64,000 nt of DNA from an uncultured Candidatus Saccharibacteria bacterium (GTDB taxonomy: Bacteria; Patescibacteriota; Minisyncoccia; Minisyncoccales; JANBVM01), in NCBI GenBank assembly GCA_964514375.1, contig CAZEQH010000002.1, forward strand, positions 3,742-67,741, read 5' to 3'. This document shows, piece by piece, positions 30,089 to 38,990 of this stretch. The translations under genes and the position numbers were made by a program. The notes under the pieces were generated by a model. That model was given only the letters and a program-made list of their open reading frames with translations, was not told where the DNA came from and did no database searches. The first letter of the stretch is position 1, and each line of letters opens with the position of its first letter.

Positions 30089-30702
30089 TACTTTTTGAAT
30101 ACAATGAATTTATAGCCCAGGAAATTCCAGGCAAAACCCGCAAAAGCTGCCGCTATTCCCCCCACGCTGGCCCAAACCTGAGGAGGCAATCCGAATTGGG
30201 GGCCGACAACGTTAACTACCAGAGAGGCCACTCCCACATTCACTCCCAGACCTATAAAGGTAACAATAAAAAATTGGGCGAATTCTTTTTCTACGCCTGC
30301 CATCTCTTTCTGTTCAAAAGCCAGGAATTTGTTGGCCCAGTATTTGGCAAAGGTGGCCACTAAAAAAGAGATACCCTTGGAGACGCTGAATACAAGCCCC
30401 TCTGCTTTCTGGAAGATAGTTATTAATAAATTGAGGACTCCCAAATCCAGAAGCGTAGCTAGAGCTCCTATTAGCAGAAACTTGGCCAACTGGAATACAA
30501 AGGGGAATTTCTTCCCTATTAATTCCGCTATCCATAGGCAGAAAACCGCCAGTACCGGTAGTGTCAGGAATAAAATCCAGGTTAAAAGCCCTAGGCTTAC
30601 ACCCATTACCTGATTGACGCCGGCACTTTTGATGAGGCTCATCATAAACCAGGCTAGTACCAGGCCCGTTACGATGGCCAAAATAGTGTCTTCTTTCTTC
30701 AT
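30088..30702 (-). CDS. GtrA-family membrane protein
   Basis: QLAKF..IG....D, NKF.AF, WNFLGYKFIVF. Confidence 0.85.
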   Translation of the reverse strand: MKKEDTILAIVTGLVLAWFMMSLIKSAGVNQVMGVSLGLLTWILFLTLPVLAVFCLWIAELIGKKFPFVFQLAKFLLIGALATLLDLGVLNLLITIFQKAEGLVFSVSKGISFLVATFAKYWANKFLAFEQKEMAGVEKEFAQFFIVTFIGLGVNVGVASLVVNVVGPQFGLPPQVWASVGGIAAAFAGFAWNFLGYKFIVFKK

Positions 30703-30739
30703 ATTGAACTATTTTAACACGGACATTTTAGAAATCAAC

Positions 30740-30766
30740 TTGACAGGGAAAAACGCTTGTTATAAT
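30740..30766 (+). promoter_or_regulatory. promoter of the cysK leader
   Basis: TTGACA, 15-nt spacer, extended -10 TGtTATAAT. Confidence 0.65.
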
Positions 30767-30781
30767 TTGGAAAGTAGATTT

Positions 30782-30874
30782 ATGAAAAACAGAAACACCT
30801 TTCCCTTAACGATTTGTTGCTGCTGTTGTCAGCGCAACTGCTTCTTAAGCAGGAAGGGGTTTTGGTTTAATTAA
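30782..30874 (+). CDS. poly-cysteine leader peptide, 30 aa
   Basis: MKNRNTFPLTICCCCCQRNCFLSRKGFWFN directly upstream of cysteine synthase. Confidence 0.8.
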   Translation: MKNRNTFPLTICCCCCQRNCFLSRKGFWFN

Positions 30875-30909
30875 ATAAGAAAGTCGAAATAAACTTAAAC
30901 TCGATACCG

Positions 30910-30932
30910 CCCCTTCCAAAGAAGGGTTTTTT
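30910..30932 (+). terminator. attenuator terminator upstream of cysK
   Basis: CCCTTC-CAAA-GAAGGG-TTTTTT; its 5' arm CCCCTTCC is complementary to GGAAGGGG (30852..30859) in the leader. Confidence 0.8.
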
Positions 30933-30938
30933 ATTTTT

Positions 30939-31772
30939 ATGGATATTCTTAACACTATAGGGCATACCCCATTAATAGAAGTGAAAGGCATTTACGCGAA
31001 ATTGGAAACCGTTAACCCCTCGGGTTCCATTAAAGACAGGATGGCCAAGTTTATGGTAGAAAAGGCGGAAAAAGAAGGAAAACTGAAACCGGGTTTTTCC
31101 ATCATTGAAGCCACTTCGGGAAATACGGGAGTAAGTTTCTCACTCGTTTCTGCTGTTAAGGGATATGGGTTTACGGCCGTCATACATGAAAACACAAGCT
31201 TCGGGAAAAAGAAATTGATGAAGCTTTTGGGAGCAGAATTAGTATTGGTGCCCGATAAGTGGGGATTTCCGGAACTCATAAGGAAAACGGAAGAGTTATC
31301 AAAACAGCGCAGCAAAATCTGGCTGCCCAGGCAATTTGTCAACCCGGATAACGTAGAAGCGCACAGATTGGGTTTGGGACGTGAGATAGCAGGACAAATA
31401 CAGAGAATAGATGCATTTGTGGCAGGTATAGGCACGGGAGGCACCTTAATGGGTGTAGCCAAGGCATTGAAGGGGAAATTTCCGAAAATAAAAATTTTCG
31501 GTGTGGAGCCTGCGGAATCCCATCATCAGATAGAGGGGATTTCAGACGGCATCGTGCCCGGGATACTGGAGAGAGATTTGATTGATGGAATGATAAAAAT
31601 TAGAAGTATTGACGCCTTGAAAACTGCGAGAGAACTGGCTCAAAAGTACGGTCTCTTGGTGGGCATTTCCTCTGCCGCAAACTTCCTTGCTGCCCAGAAA
31701 CTTAAAACTAAATACAGGAACGTGGTAACTGTCTTTCCTGACAGGGCAGAACGTTACATGGATAAAATTTAA
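30939..31772 (+). CDS. cysK: cysteine synthase (PLP-dependent)
   Basis: IGHTPL, KLE..NPSGSIKDR, EATSGNTG, QF.NP.N, GIGTGGT, FPD.AERY. Confidence 0.88.
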   Translation: MDILNTIGHTPLIEVKGIYAKLETVNPSGSIKDRMAKFMVEKAEKEGKLKPGFSIIEATSGNTGVSFSLVSAVKGYGFTAVIHENTSFGKKKLMKLLGAELVLVPDKWGFPELIRKTEELSKQRSKIWLPRQFVNPDNVEAHRLGLGREIAGQIQRIDAFVAGIGTGGTLMGVAKALKGKFPKIKIFGVEPAESHHQIEGISDGIVPGILERDLIDGMIKIRSIDALKTARELAQKYGLLVGISSAANFLAAQKLKTKYRNVVTVFPDRAERYMDKI

Positions 31773-31795
31773 GCTCTAAAAAAAAGAGAGCAATA

Positions 31796-32719
31796 TTAAT
31801 TGCTCATGGTGATATAAGGAATAAGTTTTTCTATTTCTTTTTTCCGTGTCCTCAGGGTTACTTCCGTAATATTGGTAAGTTTGGCTATTTCTGCCTGAGT
31901 CCTCTTATGGTGATTACTCTCGCATATCAGATAGACGAGCCCTGCCAGGACTCCTCTCCTGTCTTTTCCGACAAAATTGCCGTTTGCCATTACTTTTTCA
32001 TAGGCACCAAAAATAAGTATTTCAAGGCTTATTGGAAGCTTAAGGGCTGTTGTAACTTCATCAATGTATCTCCTGATTTTTCTGTCTTCTCTGGCTTTGA
32101 AAAATTTCTGAATTTCTTTTGACGCAGTTAATCTAGTATAATCCTTAAAGAATCTTCTTGGATTGATTTTAGTAACTTCCGCCAATCTTTTGATGGGATT
32201 TGGATTTCCCCATCTAGTGTACACAAAGCAGAAAGCAGCAGCTGCCAGGTATAGGTAATTACTCCAAGCAATGCCGATCCTGATAGCCCTTTTGACGAGC
32301 CATAACATCTCTTTTTCCATAGCCTTCGTCACTACAAATTGTAAACGGGTTCTTGTTAATAACTGCTTTAAGCGTATTGTTACTATAGCTTTACGCCTTC
32401 GATCCTTCGGGTCAAACCATTTTTCCGCTTTCCTTAATCTATACATATTTGAGGAAGCTTCAGGTTTTATTTGTCTGCCTGAGTCATCTTTGTTGTTACT
32501 TCTTATTCTGGTGCCCCTTCCGAATGAAAACTTTCCGGTCACAACCCGTGGGTACAGAGGGTCGTCGTCGGGAAAATAATTCACGCCTCCCCCTGTATCC
32601 ATGCAGTGGTGTTCTATAACGATGCCGCATTTTCTGTAAATAACCTCTCCTTTGTCATAAATAATATCTTTGCTGAAACATTCCGGACAAGAATATTCAT
32701 TATTATAATATTCAGTCAT
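31796..32719 (-). CDS. archaeal-type transcription initiation factor TFB/TFIIB homolog, divergent
   Basis: N-terminal CPEC...GEVI..KCG.VIE ribbon; C-terminal cyclin repeat GKD..G..AG.VY......RTQAEIA....TEVTLRTR.KEI; start ATG 32719 after GGGGTGA. Confidence 0.85.
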   Translation of the reverse strand: MTEYYNNEYSCPECFSKDIIYDKGEVIYRKCGIVIEHHCMDTGGGVNYFPDDDPLYPRVVTGKFSFGRGTRIRSNNKDDSGRQIKPEASSNMYRLRKAEKWFDPKDRRRKAIVTIRLKQLLTRTRLQFVVTKAMEKEMLWLVKRAIRIGIAWSNYLYLAAAAFCFVYTRWGNPNPIKRLAEVTKINPRRFFKDYTRLTASKEIQKFFKAREDRKIRRYIDEVTTALKLPISLEILIFGAYEKVMANGNFVGKDRRGVLAGLVYLICESNHHKRTQAEIAKLTNITEVTLRTRKKEIEKLIPYITMSN

Positions 32720-32761
32720 TGTCTGATTCACCCCTTTTTAAACGAGCTTTATATATTCAAA

Positions 32762-32789
32762 ATCTTATCAGAATATCACCTTTTGTCAA
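32762..32789 (-). promoter_or_regulatory. sigma70-like promoter for the TFB homolog
   Basis: TTGACA-16 nt-TAAGAT with TG extension. Confidence 0.55.
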
Positions 32790-32818
32790 AATAGCTTTAA
32801 AAAATAAAATTTATTATA

Positions 32819-34231
32819 ATGAATAAAACCATGCTCAAACTGTACAATACTTTGACCAGGAAAAAAGAGGTTTTCAAACCTAAAAGAAAAGAGAAGGTTA
32901 ATATTTTTGTTTGCGGGCCGACCGTTTATGATTTTTCCCATATCGGTCATGCGAGGACCTATGTTTCTTTTGATGTAATCGTCAAATACCTACGGGAAAA
33001 AGGGTATGATGTTTTTTATTTACAGAACATAACAGATATTGATGATAAAGTTATAAAAAGAGCAAACGAAAAGAAGATTTCCTGGAAAAAGCTCGCCAGA
33101 AATTTTGAAAAAGAATATCTTAAAGACATGAAAACCCTTAAGATTAATAGCGTTACCAAATATGCCAGAGCCACGGACCATATTAAAGAAATTATTTCCC
33201 AGGTGAAGAGGTTAAAAAAGAAAGGTTTCGGCTATGAGACAAATAATGGCATTTATTATGATATAGGCCGCTTTAAAGGTTACGGAAAGCTCTCCAGGAG
33301 AACGGTGGTAATGGCAGAAGACGCTCTCTCAAGAATAGATGAAGGAGGAGAGAAAAGAAATGCCGGTGACTTTTGCTTGTGGAAGTTTTCTAAGAAAGAT
33401 GAAGCTAAATGGGAAAGCCCCTGGGGACCGGGAAGACCGGGCTGGCATATCGAGGACACGGCAATTACCGAGAAATACTTCGGACCTCAATACGATATTC
33501 ACGGCGGGGCCAGGGATTTGATTTTTCCTCACCATGAAGCTGAAATCAGCCAAATGGAAGCTGTTTCAGGAAAATCCCCTCTGGTCAGATACTGGCTTCA
33601 TACCGGTTTCCTGACAATAGAAGGCCAGAAGATGTCAAAATCTTTGGGTAATTTCATTACGATAAGAAAACTTCTTGAAAAGGTATCTCCCAGGGTATTG
33701 AGGCTTCTGCTGATAAAAACACATTACCGTTCTCCCATCGATTTCAGCGACAAGCTGCTCTTACAAAGCAAAAGAGAGATTGAAAGAATGGATGAATTCT
33801 TAAGGAAACTGAAGAAGCTAAACAAAAAGGGCCTGGAGAGAAAATCAAAGCTGAAATTAGCCGAGAGAGTGGAAAAGGAATTTGAGCAGTCCATGGAGGA
33901 TGATTTTAACACTCCTTCGGCTGTTTCCGTAATTTTCAAGCTGATAGCAGAAGGAAATAAACTTTTGAACAAGAGGAGATTAACCTCAAAGGAGGCCAGG
34001 GAGATTTTAGTTTTTTTCAAGAAGATAGATCGAGTTTTCAGTCTGGATTTAACAAAAGTTGAAAAAGTAAAAATTCCTCAGAAAATAAGGAATTTGGTTA
34101 GACAAAGAGAGCAATTTAGAAAATATTCTCGATGGGAGAAAGCCGACGATATTAGAAAAGAAATTGAGAAATCCGGTTTCTTTGTTGAGGATACACAGGA
34201 AGGACCCAAAGTTATCAGAAAGGAAAAATAA
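32819..34231 (+). CDS. cysS: cysteinyl-tRNA synthetase
   Basis: CGPTVYD.SHIGH, GRPGWHIE, DIHGG..DL.FPHHE, KMSKS. Confidence 0.96.
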   Translation: MNKTMLKLYNTLTRKKEVFKPKRKEKVNIFVCGPTVYDFSHIGHARTYVSFDVIVKYLREKGYDVFYLQNITDIDDKVIKRANEKKISWKKLARNFEKEYLKDMKTLKINSVTKYARATDHIKEIISQVKRLKKKGFGYETNNGIYYDIGRFKGYGKLSRRTVVMAEDALSRIDEGGEKRNAGDFCLWKFSKKDEAKWESPWGPGRPGWHIEDTAITEKYFGPQYDIHGGARDLIFPHHEAEISQMEAVSGKSPLVRYWLHTGFLTIEGQKMSKSLGNFITIRKLLEKVSPRVLRLLLIKTHYRSPIDFSDKLLLQSKREIERMDEFLRKLKKLNKKGLERKSKLKLAERVEKEFEQSMEDDFNTPSAVSVIFKLIAEGNKLLNKRRLTSKEAREILVFFKKIDRVFSLDLTKVEKVKIPQKIRNLVRQREQFRKYSRWEKADDIRKEIEKSGFFVEDTQEGPKVIRKEK

Positions 34232-34233
34232 AA

Positions 34234-35361
34234 TTATCCTTTACCTTTTTTACAGGTTTCGTAAAAAGATAATACACTATCTGATATTTTCTCCCAGGAA
34301 TATTCCTTTACTTCCTCCAGCCCCTTTCGGGCTGTTTTTAGTCGCAGGGGTTTGTCCTTAATCAACAGAGAAATTTTTTCTGCTAATTGGCGGAAATTTT
34401 TAGGTCTGGCCAGAAACTTTTCGCTGGCCTTTCCTTTCAAAAGCTGGGCGTATCCTTTGTTGGCAAAGGCAACTACCGGAATTCCGCAGGCCATAGCCTC
34501 CAGAAGGACCAATCCAAAGCTTTCCCCGAAAATGGCAGGACTGACGAAGATATCAGCTGTTCTGTAATACGAGGCCACCCTCCCTTCCAGCTGACCCTCA
34601 AAAGCAACATTCTGCAATTTATTCTTTTTAACATATTGGCGGCACTCCTCTTCCAGGGGGCCCGAACCTACTATTATCAGGCGCAGATTGGAAAATTCTT
34701 TCTGTAGGATTTTTAAGGCCTTCAGGAGGTATATCAAACCTTTTCTTTCCTCCATTCTTCCCACGAACAAAATATTAGTTTTCCCATCGCAGAATTTTTT
34801 AATTTTAGAAACTCGGATATTGAAATTATCCAAATCTATTCCATTGGGAATAACGGCTTTGGGGCCATTGTATTCCTTGAAGAATTCCAGTATCAGGGGA
34901 GCTACCCCGATAACGCCGTCTATCTTCCATTGGCATATTTTGTCGAGTGTATAAAGGAAGGTAGGAAAGCTTTGTATAAACTTGCTTCCCTCTACGTTGG
35001 AATGGAATGTCAGGATTTTAAGGGCATTGTCAGCAGATGGACTCAGGAGTATCTGCAGGGCCGAGGGGAACCCAAAGTTATGGAAATGCAGGACGTCGAA
35101 CTTTTCTTTTTTAAGAACGTCTTCCAGGGCCAGAGGATTGAAGTTAATATTGAAATCTGCCTGGCTGCCTCCGAAATTAATGGGAAATGAGGTACCCAGT
35201 AGTATTATATCTCTGCCGTAGTTTTCTGAAATTTTTCTCCTGGGGACTATAATTTTAGCGTCAACGCCCTTCTTTTTAAACTGACGAAAAAGGCCCATGA
35301 TGTGCCTTTTTACGCCCCCCGGGTTGGCAAAGGAGTGGAATGAAACGAGCCCTACTTTCAT
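34234..35361 (-). CDS. GT4 glycosyltransferase, PimA-like
   Basis: SF..PGGV..H, FVGR.E.RKG, GESFGLVLLEAMA; start taken at MKVGLVS. Confidence 0.85.
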   Translation of the reverse strand: MKVGLVSFHSFANPGGVKRHIMGLFRQFKKKGVDAKIIVPRRKISENYGRDIILLGTSFPINFGGSQADFNINFNPLALEDVLKKEKFDVLHFHNFGFPSALQILLSPSADNALKILTFHSNVEGSKFIQSFPTFLYTLDKICQWKIDGVIGVAPLILEFFKEYNGPKAVIPNGIDLDNFNIRVSKIKKFCDGKTNILFVGRMEERKGLIYLLKALKILQKEFSNLRLIIVGSGPLEEECRQYVKKNKLQNVAFEGQLEGRVASYYRTADIFVSPAIFGESFGLVLLEAMACGIPVVAFANKGYAQLLKGKASEKFLARPKNFRQLAEKISLLIKDKPLRLKTARKGLEEVKEYSWEKISDSVLSFYETCKKGKG

Positions 35362-35464
35362 AATAAAATAGCAGAATCTGATTTCATTTCTATAGACGTT
35401 TTTTATTCTATCAAAAACCTTCAATCTTGCCAATCATTTTTCCGTGTGATAAATTGGATTTAGC

Positions 35465-36820
35465 ATGACTAAAGAAGTTTTAGAAAAGCTCCCTCCCCAA
35501 TCCGTTAAAGCAGAACAAGGAGTGCTTGGGTGTTTGATGCTTGATAGGTCAGCTATCGTTAAAGTAGCTGACTTTTTAGTGGCGGAAGATTTTTACCGAA
35601 AGATACACCAGGAGATATACGCAGCCTGTCTTGAACTGTTCGAAAGAGGAGAACCCATTGACCTCCTATCCGTTGCCAACAGGTTGAAGGAGAGAAGTCT
35701 CCTGGAGGAAGTAGGAGGCAACGGATATTTAACGGAATTGATGAACTCCGTGCCCACTCCGCGCCATGTCTTGAATTACGGGAAGATAGTCCATAACAAG
35801 AGGCTTTTGAGAGACATAATAGCTGCCTCCCAGGAGATAGCCGAACTGGGTTATAACGAAACAGAAGATATAGACAAATTGCTCGACCAAGCCGAAAGGA
35901 AAATTTTCAGCGTCGCCCAGAAAGGCCTTTCCCAGGAGTTCATACTGGTCAAGGACACCTTGGAGGAGGCATTTGAAAGGATAGACAAGCTTTCCAAACA
36001 CCAAACGGGGTTAAGGGGTGTTCCCACGGGATTCAGCGAGCTTGATAACATGCTGGCAGGTTTCCAGAAATCCGATTTGATAATATTGGCAGCCCGCCCT
36101 TCTTTGGGAAAAAGCGCCTTAGCTCTTAATTTTGCTTCCAACATCGCCGTTAACCATAAGATACCGGTTGGTATATTCTCGTTGGAGATGTCCAAGGACC
36201 AGATAGTAGATAGGCTGATAGCGAGTTATTCTGGCGTTGACCTCTGGAGGCTGAGAACGGGCCGGCTTTCCGAAGAAGGAAAAAAGGACGACTTTAGCAG
36301 GATACAGCACGCTCTGGGGATTCTTTCAGAAGCTCCTATCTACATTGACGACGCTTTTTCTTCAACTGTACTCCAGATGAAAGCCATGTCCAGAAGACTT
36401 CAGGCGGAAAACGACCTGGGTCTTATCATTGTTGATTATCTCCAGTTGATGGAACCTCTTAACCCTAATGCCGGTCCCGTACAACAGGTATCGGAGAACT
36501 CCCGTGCCCTAAAGGGTTTGGCCAGGGAACTCAATGTTCCTGTTCTGGTAGTATCTCAACTTTCCAGGGCCGTGGAACAACGTTCTCCTCAGATACCCAG
36601 GCTCTCTGACTTGAGACAGAGCGGTACTATTGAACAAGACGCCGACGTAGTCATGTTCATCTATCGGGAAGACCGCTACCGACGGGAGACAGCTAAGAAA
36701 AACATAGCCGATATTATTGTTGCTAAACACCGCAACGGTCCGGTAGGAGGTGTGGAAGTTTATTTTGACGAAAGGAGGGTATCATTCCGTAATCTCGATA
36801 AGCACTTTGAAGAATACTAA
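35465..36820 (+). CDS. dnaB: replicative DNA helicase
   Basis: LPPQS..AEQ, AARPSLGKS, FSLEM, VDYLQL, SQLSR, DLRQSG.IEQDAD, KHRNGP. Confidence 0.97.
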   Translation: MTKEVLEKLPPQSVKAEQGVLGCLMLDRSAIVKVADFLVAEDFYRKIHQEIYAACLELFERGEPIDLLSVANRLKERSLLEEVGGNGYLTELMNSVPTPRHVLNYGKIVHNKRLLRDIIAASQEIAELGYNETEDIDKLLDQAERKIFSVAQKGLSQEFILVKDTLEEAFERIDKLSKHQTGLRGVPTGFSELDNMLAGFQKSDLIILAARPSLGKSALALNFASNIAVNHKIPVGIFSLEMSKDQIVDRLIASYSGVDLWRLRTGRLSEEGKKDDFSRIQHALGILSEAPIYIDDAFSSTVLQMKAMSRRLQAENDLGLIIVDYLQLMEPLNPNAGPVQQVSENSRALKGLARELNVPVLVVSQLSRAVEQRSPQIPRLSDLRQSGTIEQDADVVMFIYREDRYRRETAKKNIADIIVAKHRNGPVGGVEVYFDERRVSFRNLDKHFEEY

Positions 36821-36823
36821 AAG

Positions 36824-37429
36824 ATGAAACATTCACCTGCCATCCAGAAATTGATTGATGTTTTTGCCAGGTTCCCAACAGTCGGTCCCAAAACGGCCGC
36901 TCGTTTTGTTTTCTACTTGCTTGATTCCGGAAAGGAAAACATAAAGGCTTTAGAATCCGCACTCAAGGATTTGGGGAATAATGTGAAGATATGCAGGATG
37001 TGTTTTAAATCATTTGAAGATTCTTCTGCGGGAAGATTGTGTGAAATTTGTTCTGACTCGACTCGCAACAAAAGTTTACTGTGCGTGTTGGAGAACGAGA
37101 TAGACCTGTTGGCGATAGAAAACACTGGAAAGTACCGGGGATTGTATTTCATTTTGGGCGGTCTCATTTCTAATCTTAAAAAAGAAGATTTCCAAAGGAT
37201 AAGAAACGAGGAATTAAAAATCATGATAAAAAACCACCCGGAAGTGAAGGAAGTTATTATCGCCGCAGACTCCACTGCTGAAGGAAGAGCAACATCACTC
37301 TATTTAAAAAGAATGCTGTCTGATTTTAAAGTCAAAGTTACCCAGCTGGGGCAGGGCCTTCCTGTGGGAGGAGAACTTGAATACGCAGATGAAGAAACTT
37401 TGTCTAGTGCATTGGAGAGCAGGAAATAG
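36824..37429 (+). CDS. recR: recombination mediator RecR
   Basis: P.VGPKTAAR, C4 Zn finger, TOPRIM, GLPVGGELEYAD. Confidence 0.95.
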   Translation: MKHSPAIQKLIDVFARFPTVGPKTAARFVFYLLDSGKENIKALESALKDLGNNVKICRMCFKSFEDSSAGRLCEICSDSTRNKSLLCVLENEIDLLAIENTGKYRGLYFILGGLISNLKKEDFQRIRNEELKIMIKNHPEVKEVIIAADSTAEGRATSLYLKRMLSDFKVKVTQLGQGLPVGGELEYADEETLSSALESRK

Positions 37430-37441
37430 AAACACGTATAA

Positions 37442-37600
37442 GCGGATCTACGCAGAAAGAGCAGAAGCTGATTTACGCAGATATTGTCCGCAGAACTACG
37501 CGGAAACATAAACACCCCTTGATTATAAGGAGTGCTTTTTTATTCGCGCTTATCCGCTTCTACGAAGTTAATCTGCGTGTATCAGCGCCCGTCAATCCGC
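37442..37600. repeat. inverted cluster of ~16-nt GC(G/T/A)GA...ACGC(A/G)GA motifs
   Basis: Three forward and three reverse-complement copies around a central hairpin. Confidence 0.55.
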
Positions 37601-37602
37601 TT

Positions 37603-37920
37603 CTATACACTCTTTATCTCTTCAATCTGAACTTCTGTAAATTGCTGCCGGTGGCCTTTCTTTACCTTATACCTTTTACTGGCCCGGTATTTGAAGGCGA
37701 TAACCTTTTTGCCTTTCCCGTGGCGGATTACTTTTCCAGTTACCTTGGCTTCCTTAACTATGGGAGTGCCGATTTCCAGCTTCTTTCCCTTCTCCAAAAG
37801 CAGGATCTGATCGAAAGCCACCCTCTCTCCCTCTTTCTTGTCCAGTTTTTCTACTTTCAATTTATCTCCTTCCTTGACAAGATACTGTTTTCCTCCCGTT
37901 TTTATTGCTGCTAGGCTCAT
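37603..37920 (-). CDS. rplU: 50S ribosomal protein L21
   Basis: IKTGGKQY.V..GD, GHRQ.FT. Confidence 0.96.
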   Translation of the reverse strand: MSLAAIKTGGKQYLVKEGDKLKVEKLDKKEGERVAFDQILLLEKGKKLEIGTPIVKEAKVTGKVIRHGKGKKVIAFKYRASKRYKVKKGHRQQFTEVQIEEIKSV

Positions 37921-37937
37921 ATTATGTTAGTTTTATG

Positions 37938-38939
37938 TTATTTGGGGCTTTTTAGCTTTTTATTTTCCTTTATTTCTAATAGTTTGCCTACCCTCTCTGA
38001 GAACAGGCTGAGCCTCTTCTCGGAATTATCATAAGCGGAAACGGCATTATTCAGATGACTGCCCAGTTTTTGGAAGTTAACACTTAATTTTTCGGCGTCC
38101 TGGCTTATTCCACTCAATTTTTTCAATATCTCCTGGGTTCGTTTAGAGATCTGCGTATCCTGAAACCAGTGGGCGATGGTTCTTAGGGTAAGATAAATGG
38201 TATTGGGTGAAGTGAGTACTACCTTGTTGTTCCAGGCATAACTGGCTATATCCTTTTCCCTCATTCCGAATACGACTTCATAATAGATGGCTTCCGCAGG
38301 AATATACATTAAGGCAAACTCAATGGTCCCTTCAGAGGGCTTGATGTATTTGGAGCTTATCTCGTCTATTCTATTTTTTAAATCCCTCAAAAAGTCATCG
38401 CGGAAACGTTTCTTTTCTTCCGCAGAATCTGCATTTATCATTCGCTCAAAGTTTTCCGAAGAGAACTTTGAATCGATAGGCAGAATCTTTTCGTTGGGGA
38501 GCTTAAGAACGGCGTCTACTTTTTCCCCTGAAGAAAACGAATACTGTCTTTTCCACAGCTCCTGAGGAAAGTGCTGCGAGAGAATATATTCTAATGAGGC
38601 TTCTCCCCACTGCCCTCTTAATTTCGGCGATTTGAATATCCTTTGGAAAGACGAGACATCTTTCACTTTTTCCTGAATCTGTTTTAGGTTTTCTCTCATC
38701 TCGGTGGTTTCCTTGGTAAAGGACCTCATTTGTTCATTAAGCACCTTAGAGGTGCCGTTCTGATTATCTCTTATCTCTTTCATTTGCTCTCTCATCAGGT
38801 CGGTCAGGCGTCTTTCTAAATCCTTAATAGATTCATTCTGCATCAGGTCGGTCTTTGATTTGCTATAAATATAAAAAATAATAAGGGCTGCTACTGCACC
38901 CACTAAAAAGGCGATTATGATGTACAGCGTTTCAAGCAC
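37938..38939 (-). CDS. rmuC: DNA recombination protein RmuC
   Basis: N-terminal TM, K.RG.WGE, PIDSKF, KYI.P..GT..FA.MYIPAE. Confidence 0.92.
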   Translation of the reverse strand: MLETLYIIIAFLVGAVAALIIFYIYSKSKTDLMQNESIKDLERRLTDLMREQMKEIRDNQNGTSKVLNEQMRSFTKETTEMRENLKQIQEKVKDVSSFQRIFKSPKLRGQWGEASLEYILSQHFPQELWKRQYSFSSGEKVDAVLKLPNEKILPIDSKFSSENFERMINADSAEEKKRFRDDFLRDLKNRIDEISSKYIKPSEGTIEFALMYIPAEAIYYEVVFGMREKDIASYAWNNKVVLTSPNTIYLTLRTIAHWFQDTQISKRTQEILKKLSGISQDAEKLSVNFQKLGSHLNNAVSAYDNSEKRLSLFSERVGKLLEIKENKKLKSPK

Positions 38940-38990
38940 GGATTTATTTTAGCCGATTACATCCTTAAAGTCAATTAATAGAATGGATGT

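Noticed and set aside
30614-30781. Upstream extension of the 86-aa ORF containing the poly-Cys peptide
   Set aside because: It overlaps gtrA antisense and the promoter; ATG 30782 is the plausible start
37442-37600. Possible CRISPR array
   Set aside because: The repeats are short, degenerate and inverted, with no spacer-length regularity and no cas genes
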